A DNA stretch of 64,000 nt from Gemmatimonadaceae bacterium (GTDB taxonomy: Bacteria; Gemmatimonadota; Gemmatimonadetes; Gemmatimonadales; Gemmatimonadaceae): NCBI GenBank assembly GCA_019637355.1, contig JAHBVT010000001.1, positions 1,145,192-1,209,191 on the forward strand, in the 5' to 3' direction. Below the pieces are notes generated by a model, which ran no database searches, was not told the origin of the DNA, and saw nothing but the letters and a program-made list of their open reading frames with translations. Shown here piece after piece: positions 1 through 8,922 of the stretch (the stretch's first letter is position 1; every line of letters starts with the position of its first letter). A program made the translations under genes and the position numbers.

Positions 1-40
1 GATCACGAAGGTGGTGGCGGAGCCCGAGGCAGAGGAGTAA
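1..40 (+). CDS. 3' end of an upstream gene, probably RecA (acidic tail ...ITKVVAEPEAEE*)
   Basis: Frame 2 reads ITKVVAEPEAEE then TAA at 38-40. The RecA identity is inferred only from recA-recX-alaS synteny and the acidic tail. Confidence 0.35.
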   Translation, partial: ITKVVAEPEAEE

Positions 41-48
41 GTCGGACA

Positions 49-109
49 GGAGACGTGAGACTTGAGACGTGGGAGCCATCCCAAGTCTCCCGTCTCAAGT
101 CCCAAGTCT
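49..109. repeat. Imperfect palindrome built of 7-bp units (GAGACGT/GAGACTT versus AAGTCTC/AAGTCCC)
   Basis: Left arm ggagacgtgagacttgagacgtggga; right arm tcccaagtctcccgtctcaagtcccaagtct. Confidence 0.75.
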
Positions 110-214
110 TGGATCGGGGGTGTGATCAACAGTGAGTCGTCGGGGCCCGGAATCCCCGCCGTTCCACTGAGGGTCCGCCCCCGATTCTGCTTTTCGCCAA
201 TCACAGCTGAACAC

Positions 215-256
215 GTCAATACGAGTATTGACAGGCGGCTTCACCCACCCTATCCT
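215..256 (+). promoter_or_regulatory. Sigma70-type promoter with a palindromic operator over the -35 box; leaderless start
   Basis: TTGACA at 228-233, 17-bp spacer, TATCCT at 251-256, ATG at 262. Perfect inverted repeat GTCAATAC-GA-GTATTGAC at 215-232. Confidence 0.75.
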
Positions 257-261
257 GGCGG

Positions 262-1401
262 ATGACCAAGTCCACCTGGCTTCAGGTCCGGCTCACGTCC
301 GCCGAGAAGGAAGCGCTCCGCGAAAGCGCGGCAAGAGCCGGCCAAGACATTTCCAGCTTCGTCATTCAGCGCACGCTCTGGCCGGCGGCGCCGGAGTTCG
401 AGCAGTTGGTGCGCTGGATGCTCCGGTCCCCGGATTCCCACGTGCCGTACGCGGAATTCGCGGACTATCTCCACACGCTTCCGGCGGCGCGCGGGGCGGA
501 GCTGGCGAGCAAGCCGGCCGGCTTCGACGAGCTGAGCGCGTACCAACAGAACAGCATTTGCGCGATGATCGAGCACCGCTGCGCGTTCTGGGAAGTGAAC
601 CCGCCACGATGGCTGCTGGAGGTGCCCTCGCTGGACGTCCCGCATTTTGCGGGCGGACTGATGTCCTGGCGCCCATACCTGCTGGTGATGTCGCCGCTGG
701 TGTTTCGGCGCCGCAACCTGTTTGTGGAGCGCGGAATGGGTGGGCGCCTCGCGCCCATCACGCCGCCGGCCACGGCAGAGGAGGCGCTCCTCCTCTCGCG
801 GGCGTTCGGCGACTCCGCCGCGGTCGTGCCGCGACGGCACGTCGCCGAGCAGTCGCCTACCTATGGCGATTCGCCCTCGCTCACGCGCGACAGGATCATC
901 GCACTCTTCGAGACGCTTGACCTCGAGATCACGCGAACGGGCGTGAAGGCGGAGCTCCTCGTCGTCGGCGGCGCGGTGATGACGGTCGTGTTTCAGGCAC
1001 GAGAGCAGACCAAGGATATTGACGCCATCTTCGAGCCCGCCGACATCGTGCGCGCCGCCGTGATCCGCATCGCCGAGCGAGAAGGGCTCGCGCCAGATTG
1101 GCTCAACGACGCGGTCGGCGGATTCCTTTCCCCGCGCGCGCAATTCGATCCCTACTTCGAAGGCGAATCGCTGCGCGTCTTCGTTGCGCGGGCCGACTAC
1201 CTGCTCGCGATGAAGATTCTCGCGATGCGCAAAGAGCAGGAGTACCACGATCTCGACGACATCCGCTTCCTCTGCCGCTACCTCGGCGTCACCACCGCCG
1301 ACCAAGCAATGCACATCGTCGAGCGCTACTACCCGGTCTCGCGGCTGCAACCGCGGCATCGGTTTGGGTTGGAGGAACTGCTTGGGACGGATGACGGATG
1401 A
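262..1401 (+). CDS. Fused RHH-like DNA-binding / antitoxin-like / DUF6036-type nucleotidyltransferase protein
   Basis: N-terminal LQVRLTSAEKEALRESAARAGQDISSFV (RHH-like); middle domain ending PLVFRRRNLFVE; C-terminal NTase motifs VVGGAVM, TKDIDAIF and WLNDAV. Confidence 0.7.
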   Translation: MTKSTWLQVRLTSAEKEALRESAARAGQDISSFVIQRTLWPAAPEFEQLVRWMLRSPDSHVPYAEFADYLHTLPAARGAELASKPAGFDELSAYQQNSICAMIEHRCAFWEVNPPRWLLEVPSLDVPHFAGGLMSWRPYLLVMSPLVFRRRNLFVERGMGGRLAPITPPATAEEALLLSRAFGDSAAVVPRRHVAEQSPTYGDSPSLTRDRIIALFETLDLEITRTGVKAELLVVGGAVMTVVFQAREQTKDIDAIFEPADIVRAAVIRIAEREGLAPDWLNDAVGGFLSPRAQFDPYFEGESLRVFVARADYLLAMKILAMRKEQEYHDLDDIRFLCRYLGVTTADQAMHIVERYYPVSRLQPRHRFGLEELLGTDDG

Positions 1402-2102
1402 CGGATGCTCACTGCGCGCGCATCTCTGAACTCCGCGAATCGGCGCGGCGGCCGGGGCGCTACGACGTCCGCCTAGAGCCGTCAGGCGAGAAGCTCCCGG
1501 TATCCATAGAACTCATCGCCCAGCTCAAGCTCAATCCGGGCCGCGAACTCAACCCCGCCGAGTACGCGCGCCTCGTGCAGGGCGCCCGCGCCGTCGCCTG
1601 CTACGACAAAGCCCTCGCCACGCTCGGCGCCCGCGCGCGCAGCAGCGCGGATCTCAAACGCTGGCTTAAGACCAAGGACTTCACCGACGCCGAGATCGCG
1701 CCCGTCACCGAGAAGCTCACCGCACTCGGCCTCCTCGACGACCGCGAGTACGCGCGCAGCTTCGCCCGCAGCCGCCTCGCCCCCAGCCGCGGCTTCGGCC
1801 CACGACGCGTCGCCGCGGAACTCGCGAAGCGAGGCGTCCCGCGAGCGATAGTGGACGAGACCCTCGCGGAGCACGCGAGGGAGCAGGAAGCCGAGGCCGC
1901 GGCCATCGCAGAGCAGGGAGGTGAGCCGCGGCTATCGGCCGTCGCGGCCGCAGCGGCGAAGAAGATGAAGGCGCTCGAGAAGCTGGAGCCTGAGATCAAG
2001 CGGAGGCGCCTCTATGGGTACCTCGCGCGCCGGGGATTCTCGGGTGCAGAAATCGGCGCCGTGCTGCGAAAGATTGGGAGAGGGGAGGCGGAAGGCGGGT
2101 GA
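1398..2102 (+). CDS. recX: Regulatory protein RecX
   Basis: Motifs ALATLGARARSSADLKRWL, GLLDDREYARSFARSR, GPRRVAAELAKRGV, RLYGYLARRGFS. Confidence 0.9.
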   Translation: MTDAHCARISELRESARRPGRYDVRLEPSGEKLPVSIELIAQLKLNPGRELNPAEYARLVQGARAVACYDKALATLGARARSSADLKRWLKTKDFTDAEIAPVTEKLTALGLLDDREYARSFARSRLAPSRGFGPRRVAAELAKRGVPRAIVDETLAEHAREQEAEAAAIAEQGGEPRLSAVAAAAAKKMKALEKLEPEIKRRRLYGYLARRGFSGAEIGAVLRKIGRGEAEGG

Positions 2103-2229
2103 CGGCAGGGAGATGAAGAGAGGGGAGATGGCTGAGAGAGGGAAGACGCTCGGGAGATGACCCTCTCCCTTCTCCCAACCATCTCCCCTCTCCCCGCCGT
2201 AACCCACCTCCCCCCTCCCATCTCCCAAC
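2074..2229. repeat. GA/CT-rich long palindromic element, complete copy
   Basis: Purine arm with GGCGGGTGACGGCAGGGAGA and GAGAGGGGAGATGG; pyrimidine arm with TCTCCCAACCATCTCCCCTCTCCCCGCCGTAACCCACCTCC. Confidence 0.85.
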
Positions 2230-2239
2230 CAGCAATCGC

Positions 2240-4792
2240 TCAACCGTCAAGTACCGCCCGGACTGCCCGCTCAAGCGCTTCCAAACCGTACGGCTTAGAA
2301 ATGAAGTGCCCCCCCTCCAGCCCGAACTGCTGCGCCACCGCGTCCCGCGAGTAGCCTGACGTAAACAGCACCCGCAGCCCCGGGATCCGCTCGTGCAGCG
2401 CCGCCGCCAGCTCCGGCCCCGTCATCCCCGGCATCACCATATCCGTGATGAGCAGTTCCACCTGCGGCGTGTCCGCTGCATCCACCAGCGCCAACGCCGC
2501 CTCGCCGCTGCCGGCTTCCAGCACGCGATAGCCGCGCATCGTCAGCACCTTCACCGCCACGCGGCGGATTGCGTCTTCGTCCTCCACCACGAGCACCGTC
2601 TCGCCCTTGTGGACCAGGGGGCCGCCGGCGGCGGGGGTGTGAGCGGCCAGGCCCTCGGCGCGGACCAAGGGCACGTCGCCGGCGTTCACTGCCGACAGCT
2701 TGGTGGGGCCCGAGGGACGCTCGACGATGTCTTCCGGCACGCGCGGGAAGAACAGCTTGAACGTGGTGCCGCGCCCGGGCTCGGAGTACACCCAGATGCT
2801 GCCGCCGATCTGCCGCACGATGCCATACGCCGTCGGCAAGCCGAGCCCGGTGCCCTTGCCGGCGGGCTTGGTGGTGAAGAACGGTTCGAAGATCCGGTCG
2901 CGCGTGACGGCGTCCATCCCGTGTCCGGTGTCGCTCACATAGAGGGCCACGTACTCGCCGGGCTGCACCGTGACGTGCCGCGCCGCCTCGGCGTCGAGCA
3001 CCACGTTCTCGGTGCTGATGGTGAGCGTGCCACCCTCGGGCATCGCGTCGCGGGCGTTGACGCTGAGGTTCATCAGCACCTGCTCCAGTTGCCCGGCGTC
3101 GCCCATCATCTTCCAGAGCTGGTTGCCGGGCTGCACCGCGATGGTGACCTGTTCGCTGATCACGCGGGTGATCAGCGTGACCACCTCGCGCACGACCTGG
3201 TTGAGGTCCAGCACCTTGACCTCGAGCACCTGCTGTCGGCTGAAGGCGAGCAGTTGCCGCGTGAGCCGCGCCCCGCGTTCGCTGGCTTGCTTGATCGTGC
3301 GCAGGTCCTCGTGCAGCTCGCCGTCGGGCGGCACCTGGGCCAGCGCCACTTCCGCGGTGCCGCTGATGACCGTGAGCAGGTTGTTGAAGTCGTGCGCCAC
3401 GCCGCCGGCGAGCCGCCCGATGGCCTCGATGCGCTGCGACTGCTGCAGTTGCAGCTCCAATGCGCGCCGCGCCGTGATGTCGCGCTTGATGGCGATGAAG
3501 TGCGTGATCTCGCCCTGCGCGTCCTTCACCGGCGTGATCGTCTGCTCTTCGGTGTACTCGGTGCCATCCTTCTTTCTATTGATCAATTCGCCGCTCCACA
3601 CCTGGCCCGCGAGCAGCGTGTTCCACATCCGCTCGTAGAATTCGCGGCCTTGGCGGTTGGACTTGATCAGGTCTCGCGGATTCTTCCCCAGCGCTTCCTG
3701 CGCCGGGTACAGCGTCAGCGCGCAAAACGCCGGATTCACCCACTGGAAGTTGCCCTCGCGGTCGGTGATGGCGATGGCGTCGACTGTCGCGCTGAGCGCC
3801 GCCGCCTGCAGCGCGTTGCGCGCCTCGGCGTCGCGCTGCTCCGTGATGTCCACCATCAGGCCCTGCAGGCAGAGCGGCTCGCCGGCGTCGTCGTGCAGCA
3901 CCTGGGCCGTGTCGTGCAGGATGCGATACGTGCCGTCGGCGCGGCGGAATCTGTAGGTGATGTCCACCGCATCGCCGCACGCGCGCTGCTCCTGTAGGCG
4001 CTCGAGCGTCGCCTCCCGGTCCTCCGGGTGCAGGCAAGCCACCCAGAGGTCCGGCGAGGCCGTCCAGGTCTCCACCGAGTAGCCGAGGCGCTGGATGGCC
4101 GGGCTCACGTACAGCGTCGTCGACTGCTCGTCCAGCGCCGCGCGGTACACGATCGCCGGCACCTGCTCCGTGAGCGAGCGGAAGCTCTTCTCGCGCTCGG
4201 CGAGCGCGCGCATCGTGGCGGCGCGATGCAGGCGGTCCTGCAGCAGCCAGCCGAGGAAGACCGCGGCGGCCGCGGAGGCTACGGGTAGCACCGGCGTGAG
4301 GTACCGGAGGTGTTGCCACGTCTCGTCGTCAAACTGCGAGCGCGCCAACCCCAGTTGCATCGCGCCGACCAGCGTCCCCAGCACCACGAACTCCACGACG
4401 TGCAACTCCTCAACCTTCCTCTGCCGCATTTCGCGCCACGCCAGCCCTAGCAACGCCGAGAGCACGATGAACGCAACGCCAACCGGCGCGAAAGCGCCAC
4501 CTACCGCGAGCCGGTACGCCACGGCCATCGCCACCGCGACGCTGGTCGGCAGCGCGCCGAGGAACAGTCCGCTCATCACCAGCAGGATTCCGCGCGTGTC
4601 GAGGTACGCCCCCGGCTCAACTTCCACGCGCGCCAGCATCGCCCCGATTGCCAGCGCCCCGATCAGGAAGCCGAGCAGCAGCTCACCGCGGCGCCCGAGC
4701 CGACTCGTCGTGCGGCGAGTGAACAGGTCGACCACGACTGCGGCGGCGAGCAATAACGCAGCGTTCTGAGCGAACTCGCCAAGGAAGGCCAT
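2240..4792 (-). CDS. Hybrid sensor histidine kinase (5TM LytS/YhcK-like, two PAS, HisKA, HATPase, receiver)
   Basis: H-box GRLAGGVAHDFNNLL; N-box QVLMNLSVNARDAM; G-boxes; receiver VLVVEDEDAIR...LITDMVMPGMTG. Start moved to MAFLGEF because the upstream ORF extension is repeat-derived. Confidence 0.92.
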   Translation of the reverse strand: MAFLGEFAQNAALLLAAAVVVDLFTRRTTSRLGRRGELLLGFLIGALAIGAMLARVEVEPGAYLDTRGILLVMSGLFLGALPTSVAVAMAVAYRLAVGGAFAPVGVAFIVLSALLGLAWREMRQRKVEELHVVEFVVLGTLVGAMQLGLARSQFDDETWQHLRYLTPVLPVASAAAAVFLGWLLQDRLHRAATMRALAEREKSFRSLTEQVPAIVYRAALDEQSTTLYVSPAIQRLGYSVETWTASPDLWVACLHPEDREATLERLQEQRACGDAVDITYRFRRADGTYRILHDTAQVLHDDAGEPLCLQGLMVDITEQRDAEARNALQAAALSATVDAIAITDREGNFQWVNPAFCALTLYPAQEALGKNPRDLIKSNRQGREFYERMWNTLLAGQVWSGELINRKKDGTEYTEEQTITPVKDAQGEITHFIAIKRDITARRALELQLQQSQRIEAIGRLAGGVAHDFNNLLTVISGTAEVALAQVPPDGELHEDLRTIKQASERGARLTRQLLAFSRQQVLEVKVLDLNQVVREVVTLITRVISEQVTIAVQPGNQLWKMMGDAGQLEQVLMNLSVNARDAMPEGGTLTISTENVVLDAEAARHVTVQPGEYVALYVSDTGHGMDAVTRDRIFEPFFTTKPAGKGTGLGLPTAYGIVRQIGGSIWVYSEPGRGTTFKLFFPRVPEDIVERPSGPTKLSAVNAGDVPLVRAEGLAAHTPAAGGPLVHKGETVLVVEDEDAIRRVAVKVLTMRGYRVLEAGSGEAALALVDAADTPQVELLITDMVMPGMTGPELAAALHERIPGLRVLFTSGYSRDAVAQQFGLEGGHFISKPYGLEALERAVRAVLDG

Positions 4793-4857
4793 TCGGGATT
4801 CTCGGGTCTGTGCCGGGTTGGCGCAAGCGTGGGTTTTCGGGGGGCAGTGTGGCCTTC

Positions 4858-4941
4858 GGGTGGGAGTCGGGAGGGGGGAGGGGGGGGTGGCGGTGGGGAG
4901 ACGGGAGGCGGGAGATGGCTGGGAGAAGGGAGATGCTCGGG
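4858..4941. repeat. GA/CT element, single arm
   Basis: gggagtcgggaggggggagggggggtggcggtggggagacgggaggcgggagatggctgggagaagggagatg. Confidence 0.7.
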
Positions 4942-5097
4942 ACCAATGACCTAGGCCACTCGGTGTCTCAAAATGCCTCAGACGCGCCGGAGTAGGTCGC
5001 GCGCGAGTCAGTGTGCCGCACATTGTTCGATCTGCGCCACGGGTGGAGTGGATTTGGAGGCTGTCCGCCGTAGACTCCGTCGGTAAATTCGTCTACT

Positions 5098-5967
5098 ATG
5101 GCCTCGCACTCAAACTCACTCGGCAGCGACTCCCGGATCGGTCCATTCACGCTAGCCCCGGAGGGCGCCGTCCTCTGCGCCAACGCGCCGCACGGTTCGC
5201 TGCGCATCCGCACCGGCTGGGGAGCCGGCCTGGATCTTCGCGATCTGCTCGCTACGCGCGTGCGCGAACTCACCGGCACAACAGACGAGCGGTTCCCGGT
5301 GTCGGTGTACCTGCGCGCGGGCGAGCGGGGAGACACGGTGCGGGCGGTGCCGCGCGACCATCAATCGGCCCGCGTGCTCGCCATCACCGCCGCAACGCAG
5401 GGGAGCACGGTCGCGGCGGGATGGACCGGCGCACGCTCCAGCGACGCGCTGCTCGCCGCCGCCAAGTCCGGCCGCCTCATCGAGTCGATGCAAACCCACA
5501 GCGTGGCGGCAGGCGACGCGCTCGCGCTGCCCGACGGCATCCTGTACTCCGTCGGCAAGGGTGTGCGTGCGCTCGACATCGGCACCGGCGACGCTGCGGT
5601 GCAGGTGCTGCCCGCCAGCGGTATCGGGACGGACCCCGGCGTGAACATCTCGGCGCGCCCGGATCACGTCCTGCGCGCCGAAGTCGCCAGCCAACCGTGC
5701 TTTGACGGCGCAGACCTCCGCGTCACGCGCCTCTCCGCCGGCATCTTCCGCGCGATCGACCTCGCTCACCCGGGCAAGCGCGACAACCACGGGCCGCTGG
5801 TGCTGGTACCCACGGGCCACGGTGTGCGTGTGCGCGCCAACGGCAGCGAGTACAACGCCGAGTTGTTCGAAGCGACCATCATCCCGGCCTCGCTGGTCTT
5901 CGCGGCCGCATTCGAAGTCGCTGCGGGCAGCGAAGCTTGGGCAATCGGCGTGCGCACCGGCGGCTGA
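5098..5967 (+). CDS. Class I mannose-6-phosphate isomerase-like cupin protein, catalytic motifs degenerate
   Basis: DERFPVSVYLRAG matches the position of RFPLLVK; VAAGDALALPDGILYSVGKGVRALDI matches V.PGD...IPAGTVHAIG.G....EI. Confidence 0.55.
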   Translation: MASHSNSLGSDSRIGPFTLAPEGAVLCANAPHGSLRIRTGWGAGLDLRDLLATRVRELTGTTDERFPVSVYLRAGERGDTVRAVPRDHQSARVLAITAATQGSTVAAGWTGARSSDALLAAAKSGRLIESMQTHSVAAGDALALPDGILYSVGKGVRALDIGTGDAAVQVLPASGIGTDPGVNISARPDHVLRAEVASQPCFDGADLRVTRLSAGIFRAIDLAHPGKRDNHGPLVLVPTGHGVRVRANGSEYNAELFEATIIPASLVFAAAFEVAAGSEAWAIGVRTGG

Positions 5968-6020
5968 CGCGCCCTCCGGGCGTTGTGACGGCGGCCGCTA
6001 AGGCCTTATCATTCAAGGAT

Positions 6021-8747
6021 ATGCACGCCGCCGAAATCCGCCGCCGCTTCCTCTCCTACTTCGAGCGGCAAGCCCACGCCGTCCGCCCCAGCTCCTCCCT
6101 CGTCCCCGCCGACGACCCCACCCTGCTGTTCACCAACGCGGGGATGGTCCAGTTCAAGAAGGTCTTCCTCGGCCAGGAGCAGCCCCCCGAGGGCAACCGC
6201 CGCGCGACCACGAGCCAGAAGTGCGTCCGCGCCGGCGGCAAGCACAACGACCTCGAGCAGGTGGGCCACACTGCGCGCCACCACACCTTCTTCGAGATGC
6301 TGGGGAACTTCTCCTTCGGCGACTACTTCAAACGCGATGCGATTCGCTTCGCCTGGGAGTTCGTCACCGAGGAGCTGAAGATCCCGCAGGCGCACATCCG
6401 CGTCACGGTCTACAAGGACGACGACGAAGCCCGCCAGCTCTGGGTGAAGGAGACCGGCATCGACGCCAGCCGCGTCTACGGGCTCGGCGAGAAGGACAAC
6501 TTCTGGCAGATGGCCGACACCGGCCCCTGCGGCCCCTGCTCGGAGATCTACGTCGACCTCGCCCACTTGGCGAAGGACTTCGAGTTCCCCGCAGGCGCCA
6601 GCGGCGAATGGACCGACCGCAAGCGCACGGACTTCTCGCAGGACGCCTTCGTCGAAGGCGCCGAGGCAGGGCGCTTCCTCGAGATCTGGAACCTCGTGTT
6701 TATGCAGTTCGACCGGCAGGCGGATGGCACGCTCATCCCGCTGCCGAAGCCCAGCGTCGACACCGGCGCCGGCCTCGAGCGCATCGCCGCCGTGATGCAG
6801 GGCGTCGCGAACAACTACCACACCGATCTCTTCACGCCGCTGCTCAAGCGCGTGGCCGAGATCACAGGCACGCCCTACGCCTACAGCAACGAGAACTCGG
6901 CGTCGTACCGCGTGCTCGCAGACCACGCGCGTGCGGTGAGCTTCCTGCTCGCCGACGGTGTGTTCCCGAGCAACGAAGGCCGCGGCTACGTGCTGCGCCG
7001 CATCCTCCGCCGCGCCGTGCGCCACGCCTGGCTGCTCGGCCGCCGCGAACCCACGCTGGTGCTCGTGGTCGAGACGCTGTTGGAAATGATGCAGGAGCAC
7101 TTCCCCGAGCTCGCCTCGCGCAAGAAGCACATCCTCGACACCACGCGCGCCGAGGAAGAGCGATTCCTCGCCACCATCGAAGGTGGCCTCGACCGCTTCG
7201 AGCAGTTGGCGCCCAAGGGCAGCACGCAGGGCAGTTCGGCGATTCGCGGTACCATCGCAGGAGAGGACGTTTTCAAGCTCTACGATACATTCGGCTTCCC
7301 GGTGGACCTCACCGAGCTGATGGCCCGCGAGCGTGGTTATCTGGTGGACGTCGCTGGCTTCGAGGCAGCGCTGGGTGCGCAGCGGAAGCAGAGCCAGGAG
7401 GAGCGGAAATCGCGCAAGCTGTCCGTGGCGGCGGATGAACTGGGCGACCTAGCTAGCTGGACGGATGACGGAGGACGGATGCAAACGACTTCCGCTGGGC
7501 GGTTTGTGGGCTATACGGCCACTTCCGTCTCCACCGCTGTCGTGGGCATCAAGGAGCTGGACGACGGGCAGGTGGCGGTGATGCTTGCTGAGTCGCCGTT
7601 CTACGCCGAGTCGGGTGGGCAGGTCTCGGACCGCGGAGAGATCCGTGGCGAGAACTGGTCGGTGGACGTGACTGAGGTGCGCAAGATCGACGGCAAGGTG
7701 GCGGCGATCGGATTGCCCTCGGGGACGGTGCGCTTCGGGCTGGCGACGGCGACGGTGCCGGCGGACCTGCGCCGCGACACCGAGCGCAATCACACCGCGA
7801 CGCATCTCCTGCACGCCGCCCTCCGCCACGTACTCGGCGAGCACGTGCACCAAGCCGGCTCGCTCGTGGCGCCGGACCGCCTGCGCTTCGACTTTACGCA
7901 CCACGGTCCCATCGGCGCCGAGCAGTTGGCGATGATCGAGCAGATGGTGAACGACGGCATCTGGGCCAACGTGGAGCTGCGCATCGCCGAGAAGACATAT
8001 CAGGAGGCGATTGCCGGCGGCGCGATGGCGCTCTTCGGCGAGAAGTACGGCGACGTGGTGCGCGTGGTGGAGATTCCGGGGCTCAGCACCGAGCTCTGCG
8101 GCGGCACGCACGTGAAGAACACGGGGACCATCGGCCTCTTCCGCATCGTGAGCGAAAGCGGCGTGGCCGCCGGCGTGCGTCGCATCGAGGCGCTCACCGG
8201 CCGTGGGGCCTTCGCGCTGCTGCGCGAGCGTGAGCAGACGCTGGCTGGGCTCGCCGAGCGTCTCAAGGTCAACGCACTCTCGGCGGACGTGATCGGGAAG
8301 AAGCTCGATAGCCTGCTGGCCGAGAAGAAGACGCTCGAGAAGCGGCTCGACGAGGCGCTCAAGGGCGGCGGGGCGCAGCAGGACCTGCTGGGCGGCGCGG
8401 AGATTGTGGGCGGCGTGAAGCTGGTGGCCAAGCCGGTGAAGGTGCCGACGATGAAGGACCTGCAGGCGCTCGGCGACGTGGCGCGCGAAGGGCTCGGCTC
8501 AGGCGCAGCTGCGCTGCTCGGCGAGTTTGAGGACGGGAAGCTCGGCCTGGTCGTGGTGATCACTGACGACCTGCGGGCACGCGGGCTCTCTGCGGGGGCC
8601 ATCGTGAAGGCGCTAGGCGCCAAAGCCGGCATCAAGGGCGGCGGCAAGGAGCATATGGCCCAGGCTGGGGTGCCGGACGGTCGCGGTGGCGACGTGTTGG
8701 CGTTGGCCGCTGCCGAGCTGCGGAGTTTGCTCGGCTCTGGTGCGTGA
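6021..8747 (+). CDS. alaS: Alanine--tRNA ligase
   Basis: Motifs DPTLLFTNAGMVQFK, HHTFFEMLGNFSFGDYFK, CGPCSEI, NHTATHLLHAALR, ELCGGTHV, KGGGKEHMAQAG. Confidence 0.98.
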   Translation: MHAAEIRRRFLSYFERQAHAVRPSSSLVPADDPTLLFTNAGMVQFKKVFLGQEQPPEGNRRATTSQKCVRAGGKHNDLEQVGHTARHHTFFEMLGNFSFGDYFKRDAIRFAWEFVTEELKIPQAHIRVTVYKDDDEARQLWVKETGIDASRVYGLGEKDNFWQMADTGPCGPCSEIYVDLAHLAKDFEFPAGASGEWTDRKRTDFSQDAFVEGAEAGRFLEIWNLVFMQFDRQADGTLIPLPKPSVDTGAGLERIAAVMQGVANNYHTDLFTPLLKRVAEITGTPYAYSNENSASYRVLADHARAVSFLLADGVFPSNEGRGYVLRRILRRAVRHAWLLGRREPTLVLVVETLLEMMQEHFPELASRKKHILDTTRAEEERFLATIEGGLDRFEQLAPKGSTQGSSAIRGTIAGEDVFKLYDTFGFPVDLTELMARERGYLVDVAGFEAALGAQRKQSQEERKSRKLSVAADELGDLASWTDDGGRMQTTSAGRFVGYTATSVSTAVVGIKELDDGQVAVMLAESPFYAESGGQVSDRGEIRGENWSVDVTEVRKIDGKVAAIGLPSGTVRFGLATATVPADLRRDTERNHTATHLLHAALRHVLGEHVHQAGSLVAPDRLRFDFTHHGPIGAEQLAMIEQMVNDGIWANVELRIAEKTYQEAIAGGAMALFGEKYGDVVRVVEIPGLSTELCGGTHVKNTGTIGLFRIVSESGVAAGVRRIEALTGRGAFALLREREQTLAGLAERLKVNALSADVIGKKLDSLLAEKKTLEKRLDEALKGGGAQQDLLGGAEIVGGVKLVAKPVKVPTMKDLQALGDVAREGLGSGAAALLGEFEDGKLGLVVVITDDLRARGLSAGAIVKALGAKAGIKGGGKEHMAQAGVPDGRGGDVLALAAAELRSLLGSGA

Positions 8748-8804
8748 GGTCGGCGCGGAGCGGGAACGCCGGAATGTTCCGCCACCAGCCGCGGTGCAGA
8801 GGTG

Positions 8805-8833
8805 TTGACGTGGTCGGCAGATGTTCGTAGTAT
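8805..8833 (+). promoter_or_regulatory. Sigma70-type promoter upstream of the small RNA / NYN gene
   Basis: TTGACG at 8805-8810, 17 bp, TAGTAT at 8828-8833. Inverted repeat TATTCGG-N8-CCGAATA at 8831-8852 spans the start site. Confidence 0.7.
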
Positions 8834-8839
8834 TCGGGT

Positions 8840-8907
8840 GCCGCTCCGAATAGTATTTAATGGAGCGGTCTATTTAGGGAGCCCCTGCGGGGGCTCCCTT
8901 ATTTTTT
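8840..8907 (+). ncRNA. Candidate ~68-nt structured small RNA or attenuator leader upstream of the NYN nuclease
   Basis: Hairpin CCGCTCC (8841-8847) / GGAGCGG (8862-8868) with an AT-rich loop, followed by an intrinsic terminator; it lies between the promoter and the CDS. Confidence 0.5.
8876..8907 (+). terminator. Rho-independent terminator between the promoter and the NYN gene
   Basis: AGGGAGCCCC-TGCG-GGGGCTCCCT followed by TATTTTTT. Confidence 0.85.
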
Positions 8908-8922
8908 GCCCCTGGAGGGTCT

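Noticed and set aside
8840-8907. Known riboswitch or T-box upstream of NYN
   Set aside because: It is too short and has no aptamer or T-box consensus that I recognise; an Rfam search is needed to exclude known motifs.
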